This document shows positions 29,828 to 39,299 of a stretch of DNA of 64,000 bases, piece by piece. A program made the position numbers and the translations under genes. Position 1 is the stretch's first letter, and each line of letters begins with the position of its first letter. The stretch is from an uncultured Methanosarcinales archaeon (GTDB lineage Archaea; Nanobdellota; Nanobdellia; Woesearchaeales; UBA9642), in contig CAZQDS010000001.1 of assembly GCA_964591655.1 (NCBI GenBank), positions 7,232-71,231 on the forward strand, given 5' to 3'. Below the pieces are notes generated by a model. It saw only the letters and a program-made list of their open reading frames with translations, was not told the DNA's origin and made no database searches.

Positions 29828-31642
29828 ATGAAAATGGATAAACAACAAATAATAAGATTTTATTTGGAGAACAAGATATTGTTGAGTCCGGAATTGCTCG
29901 AATATCTAGATAAACCTTTCCCCCTGAACACCAATTTCTCAGTCCTCAATAAGGATGCGCTGCTGATAACTGAGAATAAGATACCTATAAACATCGCGGA
30001 TTATGAGCGGGCAGTGGTCCTTAAAGAAAAGAACCACAATAAAAGACTTTATGAGAAGTTCCAGGAATACATAATCAACAACATCAGGAAAGTGCAGACA
30101 GACATAAAAAAGAGCGATACAAAAGAAGACGAGCGCCTGAAAGAAACAGCAAGAGAAATAGAAGACACTCGCGCGGAGAAAAATGCCTTAACGGATGTCG
30201 ATAGAAAATACGATGTGGGTGCCGAAGAAAAAACATCCGCTGAAGAGACGCCCTCAGATAAGATAAAGAATGCGTCCGTCGAAAAAAATGACAGGCAGAA
30301 AGAAAACGCAGAAACGGTGTCTGAGTCAAAGCTCGACGCATATAAAGAGAACCTGATAAGGACCAACAGGATAAGGATAATCAGCGATTACAGGGAAAAG
30401 AGCAAGAAAAGAAGTGTGCAGGATTTTGTAGGGTTCTTCAATTCCAGATTCAAGGAACTCGAGAAGATATTGCGCTCGAGGCAAGAGTTGCAAAACCTCA
30501 CATCAATATCGAGGATAAACTCCAAGAAGGAGAAAGACAATGTCGCCCTGATAGGGATAGTCTACGACAAGCAGACGACAAAAAACAACAACATAATGTT
30601 GACATTGGAGGATCAGACAGGGACTGTGAAGGTCGTCGTGACACAGGCCAAAGAGGAGCTGTTCGCTCTGGCACAAGAGATACAATTAGATGAGACAATA
30701 GGCGTGACAGGGATGTACGATGGCCTGATATTCGCCAACAACATACTGTTGCCGGACATACCGTTGACAAAAGAGCTGAAAAAATCTCCGGAGGAAGGAT
30801 ATTTCGCCGTGATAACGGATCTGCAAGTAGGGAACAAGCTTTTCTTGGAGGAAGAATTCAAGAAATTTTTACAGTGGCTGAACGGCGAAGCAGGGAGTGA
30901 AACACAGAAAGAGATAGCATCTAAAGTGAAATACTTATTCATTGTCGGCGACATGGCCGAAGGCGTAGGGATATATCCTGATCAAGAATATGATCTGAGC
31001 ATAATAGATGTGCGTGACCAATATAGGAAATTGGCAGAATATCTCAAGGACGTAAAGATACCTATATTCATCTGTCCAGGAAATCACGACGTAGGAAGAT
31101 TGAGCGAGCCGCAGCCAGGGTTCAGGGACGAATATAGCAAGCCATTATGGATGCTCCCTAACGCAATATGCCTGAGCAACCCTTCGCTGGTCAATATATT
31201 CTCATCGGACAGCTTTGAAGGATTTGACGTATTGTTATATCATGGAGGATCATTCTTCTATTATTTCAACAACATCCCTACAATAAGGCAGAAAGGCGGC
31301 GCGACAAGGTCGGACCTCGTGATGAAATATCTGTTGCAGAGAAGACACTTGGCACCCTCACACACATCCACAGTATATATCCCTGATGCGCAAAGAGATC
31401 CCTTGGTCATCGATAGGGTCCCTGATTTTTTCTTTTCAGGACACGTGCACAGGGCCACAGTCAATAATTATCGCAATGTCACTTGCATAAATGCTTCATG
31501 CTGGGTCGCAAAGACAGATGAACAGGAAAGGAGGGGCCTCGACCCGCAACCCGGGAGAGCGTTCATCATTAACATGCAGACGAGAGAAGTGAAGATAATG
31601 AACTTCCTATCCAAAGATGAGGGCACAGAGAAAAATGAGTGA
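29828..31642 (+). CDS. polB: DNA polymerase II (PolD) small subunit DP1
   Basis: Calcineurin-like phosphoesterase motifs 'ICPGNHDVGRL' and 'FFSGHVHRA'. OB-fold middle region. The stop overlaps the DP2 start. Confidence 0.9.
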   Translation: MKMDKQQIIRFYLENKILLSPELLEYLDKPFPLNTNFSVLNKDALLITENKIPINIADYERAVVLKEKNHNKRLYEKFQEYIINNIRKVQTDIKKSDTKEDERLKETAREIEDTRAEKNALTDVDRKYDVGAEEKTSAEETPSDKIKNASVEKNDRQKENAETVSESKLDAYKENLIRTNRIRIISDYREKSKKRSVQDFVGFFNSRFKELEKILRSRQELQNLTSISRINSKKEKDNVALIGIVYDKQTTKNNNIMLTLEDQTGTVKVVVTQAKEELFALAQEIQLDETIGVTGMYDGLIFANNILLPDIPLTKELKKSPEEGYFAVITDLQVGNKLFLEEEFKKFLQWLNGEAGSETQKEIASKVKYLFIVGDMAEGVGIYPDQEYDLSIIDVRDQYRKLAEYLKDVKIPIFICPGNHDVGRLSEPQPGFRDEYSKPLWMLPNAICLSNPSLVNIFSSDSFEGFDVLLYHGGSFFYYFNNIPTIRQKGGATRSDLVMKYLLQRRHLAPSHTSTVYIPDAQRDPLVIDRVPDFFFSGHVHRATVNNYRNVTCINASCWVAKTDEQERRGLDPQPGRAFIINMQTREVKIMNFLSKDEGTEKNE

Positions 31643-34600
31643 AAATAGGTGTATTGAAAAAAATGGTTGATTGTTCGAAAGAGATGCAAAAATATTTCGA
31701 TGAATTGGAAGAAAGATGTTTCAAAGAGTTCAAGATAGCTTCAGATTCCCGAAAGAAAGGCTATGATCCGGCCACAGTCCCAGAGATAATACTCGCGAAG
31801 AACATGGCTGAAAGGGTAATAGGTCTGATAAGCGTAATCGCTCCCCAATTAAAGAACACCGGCGCAACAGAAAGGATAACGGAATTAGAGAAGGAATACG
31901 GCATACTCGATTGGCGTGTAGCATTCACTATCGCAGAAGAGGTCGCGAGAGAAAAATTTTGTAAATTTAAAGACCAAAAAGAGGCAATAGAAGTGGGCAT
32001 ACGTACAGGATTCGCATATGTCACGGTGGGTGTGGTGTCCAGTCCCATAGAGGGATTCACACATATAGACATAATGGACAGGATGGATGGTGCAGGAAAA
32101 TATTTTTGTGTTAATTTTTCTGGTCCGATAAGGAATGCCGGCGGGACGGCCGCAGCCGTCTGTGTCTTGATTGCCGATTTCTTGAGAAAGAAATTCGGAT
32201 ATGCCAAATATGATGCTACAGAATTGGAAATAAAGAGGACTTATTCTGAAGTGGAGGATTACCACACGAGGTTCAGTCCAAGGCAATATTTTCCCAGCAG
32301 GGAAGAGATAGACTTCCTGATGAGGAATGTCCCTGTGCAATTGGGAGCAGAGCCTTCAGAAAGATATGAGGTTTCCAACTATAAGGACCTTCCAAGAGTT
32401 CCAACGAACATAATCAGGAGCGGCTTCTGTCTGCTATATACTGATTGTATCCCCTTGAAGTCTGCAAAATTATGGAAACAGCTCAGCAAATGGGGCAAGA
32501 ATTTTGACATGGAAGATTGGATGTTTTTAGAGGAATATCTGAAGATCCAAAAATCTGCAAAGGCTTTGAAGAAAAAGGCAGAATCTTCAGGAAAGATAAC
32601 TCCAGATTATACATACATAAAAGATCTCGTCGCTGGAAGACCTGTCTTAGGTTATCCGTTGAGGAATGGCGCGTTCAGGCTAAGGTATGGGCGTTCAAGG
32701 GTTTCCGGGTATTCCGCGCAATCGGTACATCCTGCAACGATGCAAGTGCTTAATGGATATGTGGCTACGGCGACACAATTGAAGGTTGAGCGTCCAGGAA
32801 AGGCGACAGCGATATCGAGCTGCGACACCATAGATGGGCCGATCGTAAAGCTATATAACGGCAACGTATTGTTTTTAGAGACTGAAGCGATGGCCAAGCA
32901 GTATAAGAAAGAGGTCAAGGAAATACTTTACCTGGGGGATATCTTGGTCTCTTATGGAGATTTTTTCAATAGGAATCACCCTTTAGCGAACCCAGGATAT
33001 TGCCAGGAGTATTGGGTCCTGGAATTTGAGAAATCTGCATTTGAGAAATTTCCTTTGGATATAGAGGACCCTGAAGACGCTTACATAACGAGCTCTGATT
33101 ATAAAAAAATCGACCTTCAGAAACTTGCAGACGATGTACGGATATCTAAAGATAAGTTAGAGGTCATATTCAGGAAGCCTTTACGTACAAAACTCTCGGC
33201 AGATGCCGCCATAAGCATCTCTAGGAAATTAGATGTGCCGCTACACCCATATTACACTTATTATTGGAAATCATTGAATATCTACGAATTGAAGTCATTG
33301 ATTAACTGGTTCTTGGAAGCGAAGATATTGCATTATGAAAATAAACCGGACGCCAAAGTGGAAAAGATAGTCCTTCCGAAAGGAGAGGGGAAGAGGGCCT
33401 TGGAGCTTCTCGGGATCCCTCACCTGTTTGTGAATAACGAGTTCGTCGTCATAGAAGGAGACCACGCAGATGCATTGTTGGCGACATTGAATATACATGA
33501 GATAATGCTGAAGGACGATATAGAATCAATAAATAAGATAATCTCAGAAACACAGCCAGACATAGGCAAAGAAGATGAGCTGCTGTTGAAGATAATAAAC
33601 AGGATATCTCCTTTCCCGATAAGGGATAAGGCCGGCATATTCATAGGTTCGAGGATGGGGAGGCCAGAAAAAGCCAAGATGAGAAAGCTTGCCGGACAGC
33701 CGAACATGTTGTTTCCTGTGGGGGAAGAAGGAGGCAAGATGAGGAGCCTGCAATCTGCTATGGAGGCAGGAAAGATAACCTCAAGCTTCCCGATATTCTA
33801 TTGCGAGAAATGTAATAGGACGACTCCCCTGTCGATATGTGAAATGTGTGATAAGCCTACAACGAAAAAGATGTATTGCCGGGAATGTAAAAATACAGAA
33901 TGCGTCAATGAGTCCCACCCGAAATTCACATACTCTAATTACGCTTTGAATATCAATGAGATATTTCCGTTGATGCTGAAAAAACTCAATACAAAGATAT
34001 ATCCTGACATGATAAAAGGGATAAAAGGCACAGCGAACATAAACCATGTTCCTGAACATTTGGTTAAAGGGATACTGCGCGCAAAACACAGCGTATCGGT
34101 ATTCAAGGACGGGACAGTGAGGTACGACATATCTGAAGTGCCATTGACACATTTCAAACCTAAAGAGATAGGTGTGGGTGTAGAGAAGCTCCGTAAATTA
34201 GGATATGTCAGAGATACTAAAGGACGCCCATTAGAGCGAGAAGATCAAGTGCTTGAGCTAAAACCGCAAGACATAGTCCTCCCTTGCAGTCCAGATAGTC
34301 CTGATGAATCGGCAGACGAAGTCTTGTTCAGGACAGCAAATTTCATAGATGAATTGCTGGAAAAATTGTATGGGCAGAAACCATATTACAGGTTTAAAGA
34401 AAGACAGGACTTGGTCGGAACGGCAGTCATAGGTCTTGCGCCGCACACATCGGCAGGAATACTCGGCAGGATAATAGGATTTTCGAAGACACAGGCATAC
34501 CTTGCACATCCGATGTTCCATGCAGCGATGAGAAGAGATGCGGATGGAGATGAATCATGTATATTGTTGCTTCTTGACGGGCTTTTAAATTTCTCCAAAG

Positions 34601-35289
34601 AATACCTTTCGAACAAGAGGGGTGCTACGATGGATGCACCGTTGGTGCTTACATATATATTGAACCCTGCCGAAGTCGATGACATGGTATTCGATCTTGA
34701 TATAGGATGGAGATATCCTCTGGAGCTTTACGAAGCGGCAAAAGAGTTCAAGCCTGCACACACAATAAAGATAAATCAGTTAGGCAAACACATCGGAACG
34801 TCATTCCAATATGAAGGGATGGGATTCACACATGACACGGAAGATTTCAATGCAGGGATATTATGTTCGGAATATAAGCTTCTTCCTTCGATGGAAGAGA
34901 AACTTTTCGGACAGATGGATCTGGCGATGAAGATACGCGCAGTCGATTCTGGCGATGTGGCAAGATTGGTCATCGAGAAACACTTCATAAGAGATATAAA
35001 AGGAAACTTAAGAAAATTCTCCACACAGCAATTCAGATGCAGCAATTGCAATGAGAAGTATCGTAGGCCGCCATTAGCAGGAAAATGCACAAAATGTAAT
35101 GGAAAGATAATATTCACTATATCGGAAGGCTCTATAATAAAATATCTTGAACCGACGATAAGTTTGGGGGAGAAGTTCAAGATCCCCGCATATTTGACAC
35201 AGACCATAGAATTGACGAAACAAAGGATAGAGAGTTATTTCGGCAAGGAAGCAGAAAGCCAGGCAGGATTAGGGAAGTGGTTCGGGTGA
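31639..35289 (+). CDS. polC: DNA polymerase II (PolD) large subunit DP2
   Basis: Catalytic region 'AHPMFHAAMRRDADGDE' and C-terminal Zn-finger cysteines ('CSNCNEKYRRPPLAGKCTKCNGK'). 1216 aa, with no obvious intein. Confidence 0.9.
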   Translation: MKIGVLKKMVDCSKEMQKYFDELEERCFKEFKIASDSRKKGYDPATVPEIILAKNMAERVIGLISVIAPQLKNTGATERITELEKEYGILDWRVAFTIAEEVAREKFCKFKDQKEAIEVGIRTGFAYVTVGVVSSPIEGFTHIDIMDRMDGAGKYFCVNFSGPIRNAGGTAAAVCVLIADFLRKKFGYAKYDATELEIKRTYSEVEDYHTRFSPRQYFPSREEIDFLMRNVPVQLGAEPSERYEVSNYKDLPRVPTNIIRSGFCLLYTDCIPLKSAKLWKQLSKWGKNFDMEDWMFLEEYLKIQKSAKALKKKAESSGKITPDYTYIKDLVAGRPVLGYPLRNGAFRLRYGRSRVSGYSAQSVHPATMQVLNGYVATATQLKVERPGKATAISSCDTIDGPIVKLYNGNVLFLETEAMAKQYKKEVKEILYLGDILVSYGDFFNRNHPLANPGYCQEYWVLEFEKSAFEKFPLDIEDPEDAYITSSDYKKIDLQKLADDVRISKDKLEVIFRKPLRTKLSADAAISISRKLDVPLHPYYTYYWKSLNIYELKSLINWFLEAKILHYENKPDAKVEKIVLPKGEGKRALELLGIPHLFVNNEFVVIEGDHADALLATLNIHEIMLKDDIESINKIISETQPDIGKEDELLLKIINRISPFPIRDKAGIFIGSRMGRPEKAKMRKLAGQPNMLFPVGEEGGKMRSLQSAMEAGKITSSFPIFYCEKCNRTTPLSICEMCDKPTTKKMYCRECKNTECVNESHPKFTYSNYALNINEIFPLMLKKLNTKIYPDMIKGIKGTANINHVPEHLVKGILRAKHSVSVFKDGTVRYDISEVPLTHFKPKEIGVGVEKLRKLGYVRDTKGRPLEREDQVLELKPQDIVLPCSPDSPDESADEVLFRTANFIDELLEKLYGQKPYYRFKERQDLVGTAVIGLAPHTSAGILGRIIGFSKTQAYLAHPMFHAAMRRDADGDESCILLLLDGLLNFSKEYLSNKRGATMDAPLVLTYILNPAEVDDMVFDLDIGWRYPLELYEAAKEFKPAHTIKINQLGKHIGTSFQYEGMGFTHDTEDFNAGILCSEYKLLPSMEEKLFGQMDLAMKIRAVDSGDVARLVIEKHFIRDIKGNLRKFSTQQFRCSNCNEKYRRPPLAGKCTKCNGKIIFTISEGSIIKYLEPTISLGEKFKIPAYLTQTIELTKQRIESYFGKEAESQAGLGKWFG

Positions 35290-35354
35290 AATAGATATAT
35301 CGGATTTGAAATTTTAGAAAATATTTATAAAGAGTATTTGTATTGTAAAATAAT

Positions 35355-36764
35355 ATGAAAGTATTGCTAATGATGTTTTTTCTCATTCTAGTTTCCGGAT
35401 GTGTGAATATCGTTAATGATGCACCACAAGTAGTATCTACAGAATTGAATGAATCATCTGGGCAGCAAGATAAGGTCAATATAATTACTGATGACGCGAC
35501 CGATTCGAATGTATCTGTGCTTAATTTATCTACGCTTAATATGAGTGGCATAGAAGAATCTGACAACGCAACTGATAAAGAAAAAGATTCCTGCGTCCCT
35601 ACAAGGATGACTTTTTCAAGAAAGGAATCTGAAGCGCCGACAGGTTATCACTTCGAGTACATTAATATCAGCGGGAAGGTTTACGGTTTCGCATATTCAG
35701 ATACGGGCAATCTTGAAGTAGAACGACTTAAAAAGATACGCGGAGATATAGAATTGCGGCTAAGTATACCGACGGAAGCATATGCGCCAAAAGAGGCCGT
35801 GCGTATAGATGATTATTCTGCTGTAAGGATAATTTCAAAAAATAAAACAAGAATAGACTCATTGCATCACAATACTTCTTTTTCAATCGATATATTTGAG
35901 TTGAATGATTGTGCGCATATTTCGTTTGAGAAGGAACCAATAATCACCTTGAATTGTTATTCACAAACAGGGGATTGTATAGGCCCGGCGAGTAGCATGT
36001 ATTACATAAGTGTATCGGTGTTCGATGCCGAGAGTTATCCAGATATTAACATTACGTTGCGCATTGATGATGGCCCGGCACTTATGCCTACACGAGAACC
36101 ATCCAATCTCTTTAACACATATTCTTCTCAGTATGATTTTCCGGCGTACACATTCCGGCCCGCAAACCACGTACTTACAGTCACGGCGTATACCGATTAT
36201 GGCTTAGAATACACACGCAATTACCATCTAAATATCCTTCCAGATGACCAGGTCGGAGTTGAGTTGTTCTCTAAGTCTGAAATATGTAATTCGAAAGGAG
36301 AATCAGAATCGTTAAGATATTACGACAGTATAGATGGGAAGGATATACTGCGGCACGATTATTATCCGCAGAACATAACTCTCTCATCAGGAGAATGTGC
36401 TGACTCCGGGCATGAATTGACAATTTGCGAGACGGGTTTAAATTATATAGGAAGCGGCAATGTTTATAAGATATTCCGTCTAGTAAATGCAAAATCTTAT
36501 TGTTATTATGACTTCAATATACCTGATTCATGTTACTCTGAAGAGATAATAGAAGAGGGGGACAGTTTCACCTCCCGCTACACAGAATACGATTTCATCA
36601 AGGCCTACAAGAACCCGAAAGTCCTCTTCTTATATGACAATGAGAGGAAATGGTATGTTTATTATCCATATGATGTGTCCTCCGGATATTATTCTAGTAT
36701 GCGATTAAATTCTAACAATGACGGATCATATACAGTCATGACTCAGAAGCCCTCCTGTTCTTAA
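35355..36764 (+). CDS. secreted hypothetical protein (469 aa)
   Basis: Signal/lipobox-like 'LILVSGC', Asn/Ser/Tyr-rich, several Cys. Confidence 0.4.
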   Translation: MKVLLMMFFLILVSGCVNIVNDAPQVVSTELNESSGQQDKVNIITDDATDSNVSVLNLSTLNMSGIEESDNATDKEKDSCVPTRMTFSRKESEAPTGYHFEYINISGKVYGFAYSDTGNLEVERLKKIRGDIELRLSIPTEAYAPKEAVRIDDYSAVRIISKNKTRIDSLHHNTSFSIDIFELNDCAHISFEKEPIITLNCYSQTGDCIGPASSMYYISVSVFDAESYPDINITLRIDDGPALMPTREPSNLFNTYSSQYDFPAYTFRPANHVLTVTAYTDYGLEYTRNYHLNILPDDQVGVELFSKSEICNSKGESESLRYYDSIDGKDILRHDYYPQNITLSSGECADSGHELTICETGLNYIGSGNVYKIFRLVNAKSYCYYDFNIPDSCYSEEIIEEGDSFTSRYTEYDFIKAYKNPKVLFLYDNERKWYVYYPYDVSSGYYSSMRLNSNNDGSYTVMTQKPSCS

Positions 36765-37172
36765 CTATATCTTAGAATTTATTGCTGATTTCGCGCCGCA
36801 TGCCTGACATCTCATGAATGTAACGATTCCCTCTTTAGAAAGTTTTGTGTCCGGTTTACCGCACTCTTTGCATATCACGAACTGATCTACATACTGCTCT
36901 ATCTTCTCATTTATTTTCGAACTAGGTATCTTTGTGTTGAACACTAATAATTGTTTCTTTACCTCTCCTTTTGCTGCAGTCTCCCTTGAGATAAACTTTA
37001 GTAAATGCTCAGGAGTCCTCCTAAGAGCGGATGCTATCTGGAAGAAATTGCTTATGACAGTCTTATTGCCTTCGAGATGTCCGCTGACTTTAGGAACAAC
37101 AAACCTTTCTGAAGCTACAGAAACCTCTGGCAAATTCTTCTTTCCCCTGTCGAGCATCAGTTCATAATCCAT
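36765..37172 (-). CDS. eif2b: translation initiation factor 2 beta subunit
   Basis: C4 zinc ribbon 'CKECGKPDTKL...CQACGA' and a conserved N-terminal helix; 135 aa. Confidence 0.8.
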   Translation of the reverse strand: MDYELMLDRGKKNLPEVSVASERFVVPKVSGHLEGNKTVISNFFQIASALRRTPEHLLKFISRETAAKGEVKKQLLVFNTKIPSSKINEKIEQYVDQFVICKECGKPDTKLSKEGIVTFMRCQACGAKSAINSKI

Positions 37173-37229
37173 AAACTCAAGAATTTATGATGACTTATAA
37201 ATCTTTTCACTTTTCATAAAATATTTATA

Positions 37230-37628
37230 TTGTCGGAATGCTTTGGAAGCATGGTTTTCATCAATTACGTGGGTAGGGATGTCTCGCTTGAGGAAAAGCT
37301 CATGCCAGAGGACATGAGTTCGACCCGGCCGCCAAAGTTTGAAGAAATATCGACTTATGACCACAGATATATTTTTCCTGATAATGATTATGATGCCGTT
37401 GAAGTGGATTTTCTAGGTGCAGGTCCCGGGTGGGAGATAAGAGGGATGTTTGTCCCTGGCAATTCGAGGCCTTACGTGTTGAGGAATCTTCCAGGACCCG
37501 AGAAATATCGTACGAAAAAACATGAATTTGTGCATAAGGATTTCTATGATTCAGGAATTCCGCAATCAGAGTCTGAAGTTAGGAGGATAACTTCAACTAT
37601 CACGAATTTTACTGATTATTATATGTGA
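37230..37628 (+). CDS. hypothetical protein (132 aa)
   Basis: ORF only. Confidence 0.3.
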   Translation: MSECFGSMVFINYVGRDVSLEEKLMPEDMSSTRPPKFEEISTYDHRYIFPDNDYDAVEVDFLGAGPGWEIRGMFVPGNSRPYVLRNLPGPEKYRTKKHEFVHKDFYDSGIPQSESEVRRITSTITNFTDYYM

Positions 37629-37673
37629 GTCAATAAAATCAAAATACATAAATAACTTTATAAATCTCTTTTC

Positions 37674-38576
37674 TTGAATGAAAGAATGGTTTTGGAATCG
37701 TTGATAAGTCCGGAAAAGGCAGAAAACAAGCCAGCACTGCTAATATTTCTAGGATTTATTTACACGAGTTTGGCGATGTTCTTGGCGTACATGATATTCA
37801 AGCAGTATTCTAGCCTATTCATGGTGTTTTTAGCGACGATAGCTTCAGTTCCTTTGATGTATCGATTGATAAAGATGGAGGAAGAAAAGGATTTGACGGA
37901 CACTTCAGAAGTGATGCTGCTGAAAGAGCATTGGAAAGCTTTATCTGCACTCATGTATCTTTTTTTGGGCGCAACTCTTGCATTCGTCTTTTGGTACACG
38001 GTCCTTCCTTCTGACACCATATCTGTGCTTTTTGAGAGCCAGACATCTACAATCATATCGATAAATGGGCGCACCACAGAGATCAGTGGCGCAGGAGATA
38101 TTACTGGAAACGCCATAACGGGTAGGGCGACATCTTTCAGCGTCTTCTCAAAGATATTCTTCAACAACGTCAAAGTTCTTTTGTTTTGTGTGCTGTTCAG
38201 TTTCTTGTATGGCGCGGGCGCGATATTCATCCTTTTATGGAACGCATCAGTCATAGGCACCGCTATAGGTAATTTCATAAGGAGCAACATATCAGCATTG
38301 GCGACTCAGGCAGGGGGAGCGACCATAGGAGGATATTTTTCTGTCGTTTCAGTAGGGCTGTTCAAGTACGTGATACATGGTTTTCCGGAGATACTCGCGT
38401 ATTTTGTAGGTGCACTTGCAGGAGGGATAATAAGCATCGCAATAATAAACCACGATGTCGCGACAAGGAAATTCGAGCACGTGTTGCTCGATGCGGCAGA
38501 TCTGATGATGCTTGCATTAGTGATAACTTTCGTCGCAGCATTATTAGAAGTATATGTGACGCCGGCGATTTTCTAG
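37674..38576 (+). CDS. polytopic membrane protein (SpoIIM/DUF95-like?)
   Basis: About 6 predicted TM helices; Gly/Ala-rich helices near the C-terminus. Confidence 0.35.
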   Translation: MNERMVLESLISPEKAENKPALLIFLGFIYTSLAMFLAYMIFKQYSSLFMVFLATIASVPLMYRLIKMEEEKDLTDTSEVMLLKEHWKALSALMYLFLGATLAFVFWYTVLPSDTISVLFESQTSTIISINGRTTEISGAGDITGNAITGRATSFSVFSKIFFNNVKVLLFCVLFSFLYGAGAIFILLWNASVIGTAIGNFIRSNISALATQAGGATIGGYFSVVSVGLFKYVIHGFPEILAYFVGALAGGIISIAIINHDVATRKFEHVLLDAADLMMLALVITFVAALLEVYVTPAIF

Positions 38577-38616
38577 GGACCGTCACGTGAAGTAGGTCTA
38601 GGGTTTTTATCCCGAA

Positions 38617-39261
38617 CTACATCAACTTTATCTTTCCAGGCTTCCTCTCGAAGATATCGCCGCGGAGTATCATATCTTGTATAAGATCTTCGGCATTCTT
38701 TATCTTAGAAAAACGTATTATCTCATCAATGTCTGCCCCTTCGCCGCCATCTAGTTCTTTGATCAATGCGATTATCCGCTCTTTAGAGCCGAGCGTGTTT
38801 GTGCTCTCCACGATTTCTGCGTCTTTTTTCACATCATGGCGCGTAGTTGTCCTTATCTTCTTGATCAATGATAGCTCTTTCTTCCTATACGCGATCCATG
38901 CCTTGTCCTTGATTTTCTTGACCAAATCCAACGTCAAATAAATCTGCGAGTTATACTCTCTAGGCCTGGCGATCAGCAATACGGGGTCGCCTATCGAGAT
39001 ATTCATCAAAAGCTCCTTCTTATCGAAAACTCTTGCAACTATTTGTCCAGTACCGTCATCTACAGTCATGGATGATTCGTCCTTATTGACAACCACTGCG
39101 ATTATGTTCACTCTGGAGAAATCTCCATAATCAGTCATCAGATAACTTGATTCCCAACCAGGCCTTTTCACAAAAACACCCTTGTTAAGATTATCTATGC
39201 TGCACTTGAATGCTGTCTGCCGTTTGAAATCCGTTTTTTGTTCTTCAGCCATTTTGATCAT
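38617..39261 (-). CDS. OB-fold plus C-terminal winged-helix protein (RPA32/Stn1-like architecture)
   Basis: Central OB-like core 'VNIIAVVVNKDESSMTVDDGTGQIVARVF...GDPVLLIARPREY'; C-terminal 'RIIALIKELDGGEGADIDEIIRF...ILRGDIFERKPGKI' wH-like. 38 bp downstream of mcm on the same strand. Confidence 0.35.
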   Translation of the reverse strand: MIKMAEEQKTDFKRQTAFKCSIDNLNKGVFVKRPGWESSYLMTDYGDFSRVNIIAVVVNKDESSMTVDDGTGQIVARVFDKKELLMNISIGDPVLLIARPREYNSQIYLTLDLVKKIKDKAWIAYRKKELSLIKKIRTTTRHDVKKDAEIVESTNTLGSKERIIALIKELDGGEGADIDEIIRFSKIKNAEDLIQDMILRGDIFERKPGKIKLM

Positions 39262-39299
39262 CGATATTATGATTGGATCTATTTCATGATACTTTGGAT

